A stretch of 64,000 bases of DNA from Alphaproteobacteria bacterium (GTDB lineage Bacteria; Pseudomonadota; Alphaproteobacteria; RF32; CAG-239), in assembly GCA_045603405.1 (NCBI GenBank), contig JAZUMA010000015.1, positions 54,933 through 118,932 on the forward strand, in the 5' to 3' direction. The notes beneath the pieces are model-generated. The model was given only the letters and a program-made list of their open reading frames with translations, was not told the DNA's origin and made no database searches. The position numbers were made by a program, and so were the translations under genes. Below are positions 38,885 through 49,306 of the stretch, piece after piece. The first letter of the stretch is position 1; every line of letters begins with the position of its first letter.

Positions 38885-39823
38885 TTAGGCACAAGAATCA
38901 AGATAATCCACAGCATCCATTGCTGCTATAGCACCGCTACCGGCAGAAATAACCGCTTGCTTATATTTCGGATCTTTAACATCACCGGCAGCAAAGACCC
39001 CTTCTACATCGGTTTGTGAAGAATTTTCATGAGTGACGATATACCCTTTGCTATCCAAAACAAGATTTCCTTTAAATATATCCGTATTCGGCTTATGACC
39101 GACTGCCACAAATACACCATCTGTTTTTATATTTTTAATTTCATCTGTTTCTACATTACGAATGCGGATTCCGGTAACTTTTCTTGGCTCTTCCTCACCT
39201 AAAATTTCCTCAACCACACTATCCCATTCAACAGTAATTTTACGATTTTCAAAAATCCGATCTTGCAAAATCTTATCTGCGCGGAGCTGATGACGGCGAT
39301 GCACAAGGACAACCTTTTCCGCTAATGTTGCCAGATAAAGAGCCTCTGCTGCAGCGGAATTTCCTCCGCCAACCACAACCACCGTTCGATTACGATAAAA
39401 GAATCCGTCACATGTTGCACAAGCCGAAACACCATAACCGAGATATTTCTTTTCAGAAGCGATATTGAGCCATTTAGCAGAAGATCCTGTAGCTACAATC
39501 ACCGCTTTAGCTTTATAGGAATGACCGTTTTCAGAACTGCAAATAAAAGGACGATGAGCAAAATCAACTTCAACAATATGGTCATTAACAAATTGCACAC
39601 CGAGTTTTAATGCTTGCTGTTTCATTTTCTCCATTAATTCAAAACCGCTGATTTCTTCAAATCCGGGAAAGTTTTCAATCGCGGAAGTCATTGTAAGTTG
39701 CCCGCCTTCCACATTACCGGAAACAATCATCACATTAACACCGGCGCGCGCAGCATAAATACCGGCAGTATAACCGGCCGGTCCGGAACCCAAAATCAAC
39801 AAATCAGTTGTATATAGTGCCAT
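38885..39823 (-). CDS. trxB: thioredoxin-disulfide reductase
   Basis: 312 aa; GSGPAGYTAGIYAARAG FAD site, redox-active CATCDG, GGGNSAAAEA NADPH site. Confidence 0.92.
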   Translation of the reverse strand: MALYTTDLLILGSGPAGYTAGIYAARAGVNVMIVSGNVEGGQLTMTSAIENFPGFEEISGFELMEKMKQQALKLGVQFVNDHIVEVDFAHRPFICSSENGHSYKAKAVIVATGSSAKWLNIASEKKYLGYGVSACATCDGFFYRNRTVVVVGGGNSAAAEALYLATLAEKVVLVHRRHQLRADKILQDRIFENRKITVEWDSVVEEILGEEEPRKVTGIRIRNVETDEIKNIKTDGVFVAVGHKPNTDIFKGNLVLDSKGYIVTHENSSQTDVEGVFAAGDVKDPKYKQAVISAGSGAIAAMDAVDYLDSCA

Positions 39824-39832
39824 AAGTCTCTC

Positions 39833-40507
39833 CTAGTGTAACAATTTCATCGTTTTATCACGCAAATTTTTAATTTGTTTAGCGTTTTCCCTATCTCCCA
39901 GCAACTCATATAGCACGGAAAGCTGACTGCATACATGTAAAGTATCTTGATATTTAGTATAAAAACTTTCATTCTGTGCCATCACCATTTCCAATGCCCT
40001 TGCTAAGAAGTTTGCTTTAACATACGGTTTATCTGAATTTTGAGCAAGTAGAACGTAGGCCGCAAATTTATCTTTTTCTTCATGATTCTCTGCCCATGTT
40101 TGTTCTACAGCTATCAAAGCATCATCATCACCCAAATAATAATACACATCTTTCAAAACCAACAGTGTTCGCCTTCTGTCTTCTGTTTGACGAGCAAACT
40201 GCAATGCTTGATTATAATACTCGGCTGCTAAAAAATATCTAGTATTATCTTGATTTTGTAAACCATCTTTACAATAAATATCCCCCAAGCGCATAAATAC
40301 ACGATACAAAACAGCTGAAATACGCGAAGAATACTCTTCATCTGATTGCAAAAATGTTGTAAAATAACGCAAAACAGCATTATATTGGATAACTTTTGCC
40401 TCATCACTTAAATAGCGTTCGCGCTCATACACAATTCTATAGAGATTAAAAAAACGGCCCTCTATATCATGACGTTTTTTTATGACCTCTTTCAGCATCT
40501 CACACAC
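39833..40507 (-). CDS. hypothetical protein (TPR-like helical repeats suspected)
   Basis: 224-aa ORF; Tyr/Leu-rich helical pattern; no firm family. Confidence 0.4.
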   Translation of the reverse strand: MCEMLKEVIKKRHDIEGRFFNLYRIVYERERYLSDEAKVIQYNAVLRYFTTFLQSDEEYSSRISAVLYRVFMRLGDIYCKDGLQNQDNTRYFLAAEYYNQALQFARQTEDRRRTLLVLKDVYYYLGDDDALIAVEQTWAENHEEKDKFAAYVLLAQNSDKPYVKANFLARALEMVMAQNESFYTKYQDTLHVCSQLSVLYELLGDRENAKQIKNLRDKTMKLLH

Positions 40508-40516
40508 CTAAAAAAA

Positions 40517-40792
40517 TTAGACAACCCCGCCTGTATGCAAACAATAGTCTTCATTATTCAGCGCATATTTTTTATGCACTAAACAAGTTGAACACAAGCA
40601 CCCACGATTTTCATGAATACATCCACTCTTATCAAACGCACAAAATAAAAGTTCCCAGTGCGCATCATTAACCCGTTTTAACACATCATCGTTTGTTGTC
40701 ATATTATTTTGCAACTTACAGGTTGTTGTATAAGACGGACAACTTAAACAACGACAAATTTTAGCATTACCTAAAGTTTTTTCAACACGCAT
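40517..40792 (-). CDS. small Cys-rich protein (10 Cys, CxC-type pairs), immediately upstream of trxB in same orientation
   Basis: 91 aa: ICRCLSCPSY..TC..FCAF..GCIHENRGCLCSTCLV..YCLH. Confidence 0.45.
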   Translation of the reverse strand: MRVEKTLGNAKICRCLSCPSYTTTCKLQNNMTTNDDVLKRVNDAHWELLFCAFDKSGCIHENRGCLCSTCLVHKKYALNNEDYCLHTGGVV

Positions 40793-40876
40793 ATTTTATC
40801 TCCTCTAAAAAAAACACCACCAATAAAATATGCTAAAAAAACACCAAAACAATAAAACTTTTCCTATATTTACGTT

Positions 40877-41164
40877 TTAAATGCGTACAAAACGTCCTTC
40901 AATAATTTGTGGTAAAAAATAATTTTTGACCCCGGGCATAAAAGAAATTTTATCAACTCTTGCAAAAAAAGGACCATCATAACATGCTTGTATCATCTGA
41001 TTAACAAATTCATCTTCTCCACGCATCAAAATCTCCACACTTCCGTCATCCTCATTTCTGACCCAACCGGAAAGACCGCCTATTTCCAAAGCCTTAGAGA
41101 CAGCCCACCGTCGATAGCCAATCCCCTGTACTCTGCCTTCAATTTTCAAATAAACTTCACGCAT
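40877..41164 (-). CDS. acyP: acylphosphatase
   Basis: About 95 aa; VYLKIEGRVQGIGYRRW and GWVRNEDDGSVEI match acylphosphatase signatures 1 and 2. Confidence 0.7.
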   Translation of the reverse strand: MREVYLKIEGRVQGIGYRRWAVSKALEIGGLSGWVRNEDDGSVEILMRGEDEFVNQMIQACYDGPFFARVDKISFMPGVKNYFLPQIIEGRFVRI

Positions 41165-41639
41165 TGGCAACCTTCTTTGCTTCTTTTAAACGCTCTATCA
41201 CTTCCTTATGCCTTTGTTCTATTTCATCAAGAGTTCCCCACCTTTTTTGCTCGGTCAATTCTTCGGCAAAACCATATTCAAAAGCCTCATCAACCGTAAT
41301 TTTACCCTCAACAAACAATATACCTAAAAGTACCGAGCGCAATTCCGTCGCCGATAAATAAAGCCCGACTATCTTAGAAGAATTCAATTTACCCAAATAT
41401 GCCTCAACTTTATCATTTTGCGAAACATTACTCTCGGCTGTTATAAAAGCATCACACATCTGAAAATGCGTGCTTAAAAAAGCATTAGCCACTGCTAAAT
41501 ATTTTTTCGCCGATTGATTTTCCGATAAATATAAAATCGTATCATGACAAACAAAAGAAACGAGTCGTTCAATCAACTCGCCCTTTTGTGTTTTACTCAT
41601 TAAAGAAACAATATCTTCAAAATTATTTTGTTTTTCCAT
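41157..41639 (-). CDS. hypothetical protein
   Basis: Track ORF trimmed to ATG 41637-41639 (MEKQNNFEDIV...) preceded by AAGGAAG SD; avoids overlap with asmA-like gene. Confidence 0.4.
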   Translation of the reverse strand: MEKQNNFEDIVSLMSKTQKGELIERLVSFVCHDTILYLSENQSAKKYLAVANAFLSTHFQMCDAFITAESNVSQNDKVEAYLGKLNSSKIVGLYLSATELRSVLLGILFVEGKITVDEAFEYGFAEELTEQKRWGTLDEIEQRHKEVIERLKEAKKVANA

Positions 41640-43779
41640 TTGCTTCCTTATTTTTATCCGCTGAACCGGAAAGCATATTAAACAAAGCTTTTGCAGTATC
41701 CTTAACCATATCGACACCACCATCTATAACCTGCCCGACATCATCTCCGGTTGATTTGATTATATTTGAAGACTCTGGAAATCTTGTCTCATATCCTGTT
41801 CCTTTAAGAGCTGTATAACACGGAGAATCATCATTTTCCATCACCATTTGCGCCCCTAAATAAACCGGTCCGGTCATCGTTGCACCCACAATGTTTTTCA
41901 CTGCATTTGCCGTGTCCACACCGATTGTTGGTTTTTGTAAAGTACCGGTTAGTTGTACCAAAGAAGACAACGCCTTCGCAATATTTGTATCTGTTAATTT
42001 ACCGGCAAACGGCTTAAAGCTAATATTAATTTTATCATTTTTCAAATTAATTTTACCATTAGCCACCACTGTAAATTTGTCAGCTTTAACCACTATTCCG
42101 TTTGGCATTGTTGCCAGACCATCTTTAACATCAGCACGCACAACGGCACATTGCATATTCAAATTATCATCACCCTTTGTCAAACTTAAAGTATTCCAAA
42201 GTTGTGAGAAAATATTACCCTTTACAAGGCCGATATTTCCTAAATGCATTTGTGACTGATCAATAATCAGTGCAACACTACCATTCAAACTCTCAACAAT
42301 TTCAGCATAAGTACTCCCCACACCCTTAAGCTTAACATACAAATCAGTATCACTACCGCTGATAATTTTAAACTTATCTGACTGTGCATCTAATATTTTC
42401 ATTAAATCGAGTAAATTCAACTTAACCACATTAAGATTAACATCTAAATTTTTATTTTGAGCACTCAATACGGCATCAGCCTGCAAATTACCTTTTGCTA
42501 CATTACCATTAATAACTTTAAGTGCTGCTACGCCTTTATTAACTTTTGCATTTAAAGCCAAATCACTCACAAGCATCATATTATTTTTAATAATTTCTGC
42601 CACAGCCACATCAACATCTGCATTAACACTATACAAAACATCATAAGGAATAGCCTCATTCGGTACTATTGTTGTTGCCTGAGCGGATTTTATTAAATTG
42701 ATATTCAACGCTGCTTTTTTAGGAGCAGCAAAAGAATCCAAATTAATTTTATCAGATTTCAAATTAGCTGTCACTTTAGGCGTTTTTTCTGATAAAACAG
42801 CTTTTGCTGTACCAGTAATATCATTACCGGCCACACTTACCTTATTGATAACCGCAGCAACTTCTTTCAAATTACCTTTAAGTGCCACATCTGCGGATTC
42901 TTTATAAGTACTGTCTTTTCCAAGAAAACCTTTAGCTTTAACCTTAGCATCAAAGCGAAGAGCATCAACATTCATAACATCAAATAAGATTGCATCCGTT
43001 ATAACATTAATCCCCATTACATTAACATCAGCTTTGACCGGATATCCTTTCTCACTTTTAAGCATATTAAGTGCACCAAGCATACCCTTTCCGTTATACA
43101 ATCCGTCATTAACATTAAAGTTGAAATCTATATTTTTATCATCATTTTCATCAAGGCGTAATTCTTTAACATCATAACTTTGCAGTTGCGCATCTTTTCC
43201 GATATAATTTACTTTAACGTTCTCCAATGCAACTTCTTTGATAACAACTTTAGAAAGAATATCATTAACGCTGTTTTCTTCCTCCGCAGTAAGTGCATTC
43301 TCTTGAGCATTTGCAACTTTAATCAAACTAAAGTTATAAGATGTCTTATCTGCTTTAGCCGGAGTTTTTTCTATAACTTTCGCTGTTTCAAAATTCCAAT
43401 TAGCGCGACCGTCTTTCGTTTCTTCCAAATTAACTTCCGCATTTTTAATCACAAATTTATCAACGACATAATTCCCTTTGATTAGCGGCAAAATAGCAAT
43501 ACCAACATCAATTGCCCCGATACGCGCCATCATCTTTTCTCTTGCCCAAGCTGCATTAGCTAGTGTTACATCTTTTAATTCCACGGTTGGACTAAGTGAC
43601 GCTTTAATCTGCACATCACCGATACGAAAATCACGACCGGTTGCTTCACTTACTTTTTCTTCCACAATATTTTTATAGCGATTAAAATCAACACTCTTAA
43701 TTGCGATATAACCGCCAATACCAACCAATAAAACCAAACAAATTAAAGAAACGATGATATATTTTAATACTTTAAACAT
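41623..43779 (-). CDS. AsmA-family outer-membrane biogenesis protein
   Basis: 718 aa; N-terminal TM anchor + DFNRYKNIVEEKVSEATGRDFRIGDVQIK matches AsmA N-domain; long beta-rich repetitive body. Confidence 0.7.
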   Translation of the reverse strand: MFKVLKYIIVSLICLVLLVGIGGYIAIKSVDFNRYKNIVEEKVSEATGRDFRIGDVQIKASLSPTVELKDVTLANAAWAREKMMARIGAIDVGIAILPLIKGNYVVDKFVIKNAEVNLEETKDGRANWNFETAKVIEKTPAKADKTSYNFSLIKVANAQENALTAEEENSVNDILSKVVIKEVALENVKVNYIGKDAQLQSYDVKELRLDENDDKNIDFNFNVNDGLYNGKGMLGALNMLKSEKGYPVKADVNVMGINVITDAILFDVMNVDALRFDAKVKAKGFLGKDSTYKESADVALKGNLKEVAAVINKVSVAGNDITGTAKAVLSEKTPKVTANLKSDKINLDSFAAPKKAALNINLIKSAQATTIVPNEAIPYDVLYSVNADVDVAVAEIIKNNMMLVSDLALNAKVNKGVAALKVINGNVAKGNLQADAVLSAQNKNLDVNLNVVKLNLLDLMKILDAQSDKFKIISGSDTDLYVKLKGVGSTYAEIVESLNGSVALIIDQSQMHLGNIGLVKGNIFSQLWNTLSLTKGDDNLNMQCAVVRADVKDGLATMPNGIVVKADKFTVVANGKINLKNDKINISFKPFAGKLTDTNIAKALSSLVQLTGTLQKPTIGVDTANAVKNIVGATMTGPVYLGAQMVMENDDSPCYTALKGTGYETRFPESSNIIKSTGDDVGQVIDGGVDMVKDTAKALFNMLSGSADKNKEANGKTK

Positions 43780-43786
43780 TATGACA

Positions 43787-44716
43787 TTACTCCTTAAAAT
43801 CCAAACCGAGTGAATTTAAACTATCTTTAAAATAATCCGGCAATTTTGCTTTAACAACCTTTTTTTTACCATACACAGAAGATAAATCAATTTTATAAGC
43901 ATGCAAGTATAATTTTCTCATTAATAAATTATTTTTATCTCGTTCTGTTCCAAAATATTTATCATCTCCGCAAATAGGAGCACCTAAATATTCCAAATGA
44001 GCACGAATTTGATGCGTTCTTCCCGTTAAAGGACTAGCTTCTATCAAAGCATATTTATCCCCTACATTATCAAGCACTTTATACACAGTCACTGCCGGCT
44101 TACCTGTTTCCAAAATCTGTACACGTCCATCAAGTTTTTCCAAAGGTGCTTTTATTTCTCCCTCTGTCTTTGCCGGCACACCGCGCGTTAAAGCCAAATA
44201 CGTTTTTTGTAACGTATGCTCCCGAAAAGCCTTTGTCAATATATCTGCTGTTTTTCTGTTTCGAGCTAAAACTAAAATACCGCTGGTATCTTTATCGATT
44301 CTATGCACAAGTTTCGGCTTTTCTTCTAAACCGAATTTAAGCGCATCCAGCATTCCATCAACATGCCTTGTCGTATTTGTTCCACCTTGCACTGCCAAGC
44401 CGGAAGGCTTATTTAAAACGATGATATTATCATCTTTATAGATAACCATATCAGAAATAAATTTCGTATCTTGTTGAGAAACATTTGCATGAACAATTTC
44501 TTTTTTTTCATTATCAAGCGGCGGCACGCGAATTTCTTGCCCTGCAAGCAACCTTGTATTTGCCTCCACTCTTGCCCCTTCAACTTTAATTTGTTTTGTA
44601 CGCAACAGCTTTTGCAACCGTCCTAGCGAAAGCCCCGGATAATATTTTAAAAACCATCTGTTCAGACGAATACCATCATCTTCTGTTTTAATTTTAATTA
44701 ACTTTACACCTGACAT
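43787..44716 (-). CDS. rluC: RluA-family 23S rRNA pseudouridine synthase (RluC/RluD-like) with N-terminal S4 domain
   Basis: 309 aa; HRIDKDTSGILVLARN catalytic motif. Confidence 0.85.
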   Translation of the reverse strand: MSGVKLIKIKTEDDGIRLNRWFLKYYPGLSLGRLQKLLRTKQIKVEGARVEANTRLLAGQEIRVPPLDNEKKEIVHANVSQQDTKFISDMVIYKDDNIIVLNKPSGLAVQGGTNTTRHVDGMLDALKFGLEEKPKLVHRIDKDTSGILVLARNRKTADILTKAFREHTLQKTYLALTRGVPAKTEGEIKAPLEKLDGRVQILETGKPAVTVYKVLDNVGDKYALIEASPLTGRTHQIRAHLEYLGAPICGDDKYFGTERDKNNLLMRKLYLHAYKIDLSSVYGKKKVVKAKLPDYFKDSLNSLGLDFKE

Positions 44717-44791
44717 TTAACATCTTTCAAAATCTATTTTTTCAAGATGTACTCTAAAAAAATCAATTTGACAAGAGGTATTCAAAAAGAA

Positions 44792-45433
44792 TTATGAGCG
44801 CTCTGCTGTCATCATACGCACAAACAAACTCGCATTATTTCCTCTGCCGGTATTGGTATTATTTGGAGCTAGCTCTGCCATCCGACGGTCAAAATCACGC
44901 CGTTGCTGAGCCAAAGTATCATGTATGGATCCATCAGGATAATACTCAATTTTTCGATATTGCTCAATTTGCATAAGAGCTTTATATTCTCTGCTGTTTA
45001 CATTATTAAGCCAAGAAAACCTTTTTGTTAAATCCATATCCAGTTTGACTTGTTCTTTACCAACAGATAAATCATCTTTGTTCACAACAGATTGAACAAC
45101 TGTATTGCCACCGCTTAACCCTCTGGCCACATCTTCTGCTCTTAAAGCTTCATTATAATGCAATTGCAACATTGCCGCCTGTTCTAATTTATGCGCTTCA
45201 TCTCTCTTAATACGCGCATCCATAACCGTATACACAGCTGGCAACACTTCATTAGCTTTATCACGAGATAATTCCGGCATTTTAAGCTCCATAAAACGTT
45301 CCTCATCGTTACCGCCTGTCACACTGAGCTTAACCTTCTGCCCATTAATCTTAAAAACTTGTTCTTTGCCTGGTACATAGCTAACTTCTTCAAAAGTATA
45401 CTTCTTACCATCTAAAATGTATATTCTCCTCAT
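44792..45433 (-). CDS. hypothetical protein
   Basis: Trimmed to ATG 45431-45433 (MRRIYILDGKKY...) with GGAGAAAGGA SD. Confidence 0.4.
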   Translation of the reverse strand: MRRIYILDGKKYTFEEVSYVPGKEQVFKINGQKVKLSVTGGNDEERFMELKMPELSRDKANEVLPAVYTVMDARIKRDEAHKLEQAAMLQLHYNEALRAEDVARGLSGGNTVVQSVVNKDDLSVGKEQVKLDMDLTKRFSWLNNVNSREYKALMQIEQYRKIEYYPDGSIHDTLAQQRRDFDRRMAELAPNNTNTGRGNNASLFVRMMTAERS

Positions 45434-45529
45434 ATCCTTTCTCCTCAGAACAGATACAAGAACAATATAGCACAAAATCAGCTATTTGTCAAGTTTTTTC
45501 CTACAAAATAAGCACCCACTGAAGGGTGC

Positions 45530-45784
45530 TTATTTGCGCTTTGGATAATGGTTTCTGCGTGATTTATCAACATATCTACATCCTAAAGAAACATTTTGCA
45601 TCGTACGCATATTACGCATATAATGATGTCCTTTATCCTTCCATGAAAAGAAAGGATAACAGCCTTTTTCACTGCTTGAAACCATTGCTCTAATTCTTTG
45701 CTTTTCTAGCATCTGCCCTTCTGCACTACCAATACAGCCCGAACAGACCACCCTTTGGACAATTTCTTTAACATCCATACACAA
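45530..45784 (-). CDS. small hypothetical Cys-containing protein
   Basis: 84-aa ORF with CSGC...GC; no family recognised. Confidence 0.3.
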   Translation of the reverse strand: MCMDVKEIVQRVVCSGCIGSAEGQMLEKQRIRAMVSSSEKGCYPFFSWKDKGHHYMRNMRTMQNVSLGCRYVDKSRRNHYPKRK

Positions 45785-45826
45785 AAATTTTTAAGTAATT
45801 AAGTTAAAATCTTCTAAGAAAAACAA

Positions 45827-47158
45827 CTATTCTTTATTATCATTTTTCTTCATTTTACGTTCGCGTTGTTTTTCTGCCCGCAATTTATCAAAATAATCGA
45901 TTCTCTTTTTTATTTCTCTTTCAAATCCTCTATCAACCGGATTATAAAAACGCCTTCTGCCCATTTCTTCCGGAAAATAATCCTGTCCCGAAAAACCGTC
46001 TTCTAAATCTTGGTCATAAATATAACCATCGCTATACCCCAGATTTTTCATCAATTTAGTCGGTGCATTTAAGATATGTTTCGGTGGCATTAACGAACCT
46101 GTTTGCCTAGCTGCATCAAACACTTTATGCATTGCCTTATACACTGCTGCAGATTTTGGCGCCGTTGCCAAATAAGCCACCAACTGCATAATTGCCAAAT
46201 CCCCTTCCGGCGAGCCCAATCGCTCATATGTATCTGCACAAGCAATTGCTTGCACTACTGCATTCGGATCAGCAAGAGATACATCTTCTATTGAAAAGCG
46301 TATCAACCGTCTGAGCAGATAGCGCGGATCTTCACCTGAAACCAGCATTCTTCCTGCCCAATAAAGTGCTGCATCAACATCAGAACCACGCATTGATTTA
46401 TGCACGGCAGAAATCAAATTATAATGCCCGTCACGTCCTTTATCATACACCGGTGCACGCGAACGGATAACTTTCATTAATTTATCTTTATCGAAAATTT
46501 CTCCTTCCTTTGCATACGCCCATACGCTTTCCGCCAAATTTAAAATATACCTTCCGTCCCCATCGGCAACCGTTTTCATTAATTCGCGCGCACCATCATC
46601 AACCGGCAATTTCACACCTTCTTCACGCTCGGCTCGCTGTAGCAACTCTTCAAAATTTTCTGCGGTTAAACGGTTGAGTACAAATACCTGACAGCGAGAC
46701 AAAAGTGCAGCATTAAGTTCAAACGAAGGATTTTCAGTTGTTGCACCCACTAAAATCACCGTACCGTTTTCAACGTATGGCAAAAAGCCATCCTGCTGTG
46801 ATTTGTTAAAGCGATGAATTTCATCTACAAATAAAAGCGTTCCTTTCCCCTGATTAGCTCTTCTTTCTTCTGCGTATTGAAACACACGTTTTAAGTCTGC
46901 CACACCTGAAAACACTGCTGATATTTGCTCAAAATAAAGATTAGTATATTCGGCAATCAAACGTGCAATTGTCGTTTTACCGCACCCTGGAGGCCCCCAA
47001 AGAATAAAAGAAGAGATACGACCGGTATGAAGCATTCTTCCCAACGGGGAATCTTCCCCCAAAACCTGCGCTTGTCCGACCACTTCTTCTAATTTTTTCG
47101 GTCGGAGTCTATCCGCAAGCGGGCGCTTTACTTTGCTTGAAAATAATGTTTCTTCCAT
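45827..47158 (-). CDS. rarA: replication-associated recombination protein A (AAA+ ATPase RarA/MgsA)
   Basis: 443 aa; GPPGCGKTT Walker A, LFVDEIHRFNKSQQD Walker B/sensor, MgsA C-terminal helical domain. Confidence 0.9.
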   Translation of the reverse strand: MEETLFSSKVKRPLADRLRPKKLEEVVGQAQVLGEDSPLGRMLHTGRISSFILWGPPGCGKTTIARLIAEYTNLYFEQISAVFSGVADLKRVFQYAEERRANQGKGTLLFVDEIHRFNKSQQDGFLPYVENGTVILVGATTENPSFELNAALLSRCQVFVLNRLTAENFEELLQRAEREEGVKLPVDDGARELMKTVADGDGRYILNLAESVWAYAKEGEIFDKDKLMKVIRSRAPVYDKGRDGHYNLISAVHKSMRGSDVDAALYWAGRMLVSGEDPRYLLRRLIRFSIEDVSLADPNAVVQAIACADTYERLGSPEGDLAIMQLVAYLATAPKSAAVYKAMHKVFDAARQTGSLMPPKHILNAPTKLMKNLGYSDGYIYDQDLEDGFSGQDYFPEEMGRRRFYNPVDRGFEREIKKRIDYFDKLRAEKQRERKMKKNDNKE

Positions 47159-47203
47159 TTTTGAGATTCTCTATCTTCTTTTTCCCCAATCCCCGCAAAC
47201 AGA

Positions 47204-47461
47204 TTAATCCATATACCTATTACTGTAGGGATCCGCCACTACCGGCCTTGTTTCCGGTTTTCCTTCCACCTCAAGTTGCGGATTAACATAGTTCGTTGAG
47301 CCTTTTTCATAAAAATAAAAATCTCGTCTCAAACGTGTCTGATCACGAATAGAGAGTGATTCCCACTCCTTTTCGGTTAAACCGTAAGGATACGATACTT
47401 CTTTACCGGAACAGCCGCATAAAAACAAGATTCCACATAAGACAACCCATTTTTTCATCAA
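47204..47461 (-). CDS. small hypothetical lipoprotein
   Basis: 85 aa; MMKKWVVLCGILFLCGC lipobox. Confidence 0.4.
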   Translation of the reverse strand: MMKKWVVLCGILFLCGCSGKEVSYPYGLTEKEWESLSIRDQTRLRRDFYFYEKGSTNYVNPQLEVEGKPETRPVVADPYSNRYMD

Positions 47462-47529
47462 AAAGACTCCTCAATGAACAAAAAAACTGTTATTTTATAC
47501 GGCAAAATATTATCTTTTTCAAGCAAAAT

Positions 47530-48093
47530 TTAAATTTTCAAAACCATTTCAACAAAGTTTTGTAAATATTGTTTTCGATTCTGCTGATAATCAAGGTAAT
47601 ATGCATGCTCCCAAACATCAATATTAAACAACACATCATACCCCAAAGGAAGCGGTGTATCACCATTTCTGGTTGAAATTATGTCATAATTTCCCTGTTT
47701 ATCTTTAACGAGCCACACCCAACCGCTGCCAAACAACTTAACGCCTTCATCAACCAATTGTTTAACAAAGGAGAATCCATCTCCGAATTGACTGATAATT
47801 TCATCTTTAACTGCTGGTTTTAATTTATCCCACACCCCGAAAGACTGCCAATAAATATTATGATTATAAACCTGTCCGGCATTATTATGCAGTACCTGAA
47901 AAGCCGGATTATCAAACGTTTTAACAATAATTTCCTCAAGTGTCATCTCTGCAAATTCTGTTCCTTTAATCAACTCATTAACTTTATCAACATATGCGCG
48001 ATGATGTTTTCCATAATGTATTTTAACAGTTTCTTTTGAAACAGCCGGTTCTAACGTATTTTCTGCAAATGGTAATTTTATCAATTCCAGCAT
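47530..48093 (-). CDS. sodB: Fe/Mn superoxide dismutase
   Basis: 187 aa; HYGKHH...DVWEHAYYLDYQNRR signature. Confidence 0.85.
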   Translation of the reverse strand: MLELIKLPFAENTLEPAVSKETVKIHYGKHHRAYVDKVNELIKGTEFAEMTLEEIIVKTFDNPAFQVLHNNAGQVYNHNIYWQSFGVWDKLKPAVKDEIISQFGDGFSFVKQLVDEGVKLFGSGWVWLVKDKQGNYDIISTRNGDTPLPLGYDVLFNIDVWEHAYYLDYQQNRKQYLQNFVEMVLKI

Positions 48094-48266
48094 TTTTTCC
48101 TCCTAAAAATTTTATTTTCTCATTCAAATATACAATTAAGTAACTAAATTAAAAAGGTATTTTAAATTTGTTAACAATTATTAACAACCCCCATAACAAT
48201 GATTCACAAATAAAATTTATGTATTATTATACAAATTAACAATAAACAAAACGGAGAGGAAAAACA

Positions 48267-48953
48267 ATGAGAGTTTTATTGATTGAAGACGATTACGCAG
48301 TCTCCCAAAGCGTTGAAACAATCTTAAAAAAAGAAGGCATGGTCGTAGATACCACAGATGACGGCGAAGACGGATTAGATTGCGGAAAATTATATGATTA
48401 TGACATCATCATCTTAGATTTAAATCTACCTGGTATGAATGGTTATGAAGTATTAAAGAGTTTACGCAATGCCAAAATTTCCACCCCTGTCTTAATTTTG
48501 TCAGGTTTATACGAACCGGATAAAAAGGTTAAAGGTTTGGGCTATGGCGCAGATGATTATTTAACAAAACCATTTAACAAAGAAGAATTGTTAGCGCGTA
48601 TTCAAGCCATTGTTCGTCGTTCCAAAGGTCATTCCAATTCTGTTATTCAAACCGGTCTCGTTGCTGTTAATTTGGATACACAAACTGTTTCCGTCGCCGG
48701 TAAAGATTTACACTTAACCGGTAAAGAATACGGCATTATGGAATTGTTATCATTGCGCAAAGGTTCAACTTTGAATAAAGAGCAATTCTTAAATCACCTC
48801 TATGGTGGTATTGATGAACCGGAATTAAAAATTATTGACGTGTTTATCTGTAAACTCCGTAAAAAACTGGAAAAAGCTTCCGGCGGTAAAAACTATATTG
48901 AAACTGTTTGGGGCAGAGGCTATATCTTAAAAGACCCTGACGAACACAAATAA
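48267..48953 (+). CDS. ctrA: cell-cycle response regulator CtrA (OmpR family)
   Basis: 228 aa; MRVLLIEDD...[28 protein letters not shown]...[51 protein letters not shown] is near-identical in pattern to alphaproteobacterial CtrA. Confidence 0.85.
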   Translation: MRVLLIEDDYAVSQSVETILKKEGMVVDTTDDGEDGLDCGKLYDYDIIILDLNLPGMNGYEVLKSLRNAKISTPVLILSGLYEPDKKVKGLGYGADDYLTKPFNKEELLARIQAIVRRSKGHSNSVIQTGLVAVNLDTQTVSVAGKDLHLTGKEYGIMELLSLRKGSTLNKEQFLNHLYGGIDEPELKIIDVFICKLRKKLEKASGGKNYIETVWGRGYILKDPDEHK

Positions 48954-48970
48954 TTTTTACTTTACCCATA

Positions 48971-49003
48971 AAAAAAGGCGGTCTATGACCGCCTTTTTTT
49001 TTA
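48971..49003 (+). terminator. rho-independent terminator of ctrA
   Basis: ggcggtc-tatga-ccgcc followed by ttttttttt. Confidence 0.65.
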
Positions 49004-49242
49004 TCGATATAGTGGATGATAAGTCACTCTCTTTTGAGTTGTCACCGCATCCCCCGAATAGACATACCATTCATCAGTGATTTTTTTGACCTTCTCACCA
49101 CCTCCCCCCCCAACCATTCAGCATTAGAACGAGAGCCGCCAAATAACCTGCAAGAACATTAGCTTTTCATTTCTTTGATTAATATCTTTCTTTCTCTTGT
49201 TTATCTCTCTTAAAAATTCTTACAATATTCCCCCTCTTTCTC

Positions 49243-49270
49243 TTGACTCTATCTCATTTCGCACTATTAT
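49243..49270 (+). promoter_or_regulatory. sigma70-like promoter upstream of 49307 gene (-35 TTGACT, 16-bp spacer, -10 TATTAT)
   Basis: tcTTGACTctatctcatttcgcacTATTATct read directly; ATG 37 nt downstream. Confidence 0.35.
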
Positions 49271-49306
49271 CTATTTAATTTTATAGTCATAGCATAGGAA
49301 ATAAAT

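Noticed and set aside
48100-48266. Possible CtrA box TTAACAATTATTAAC in the sodB-ctrA divergent region
   Set aside because: Half-sites are spaced by 6, not the canonical TTAA-N7-TTAAC; a second TTAA pair is spaced by 9.
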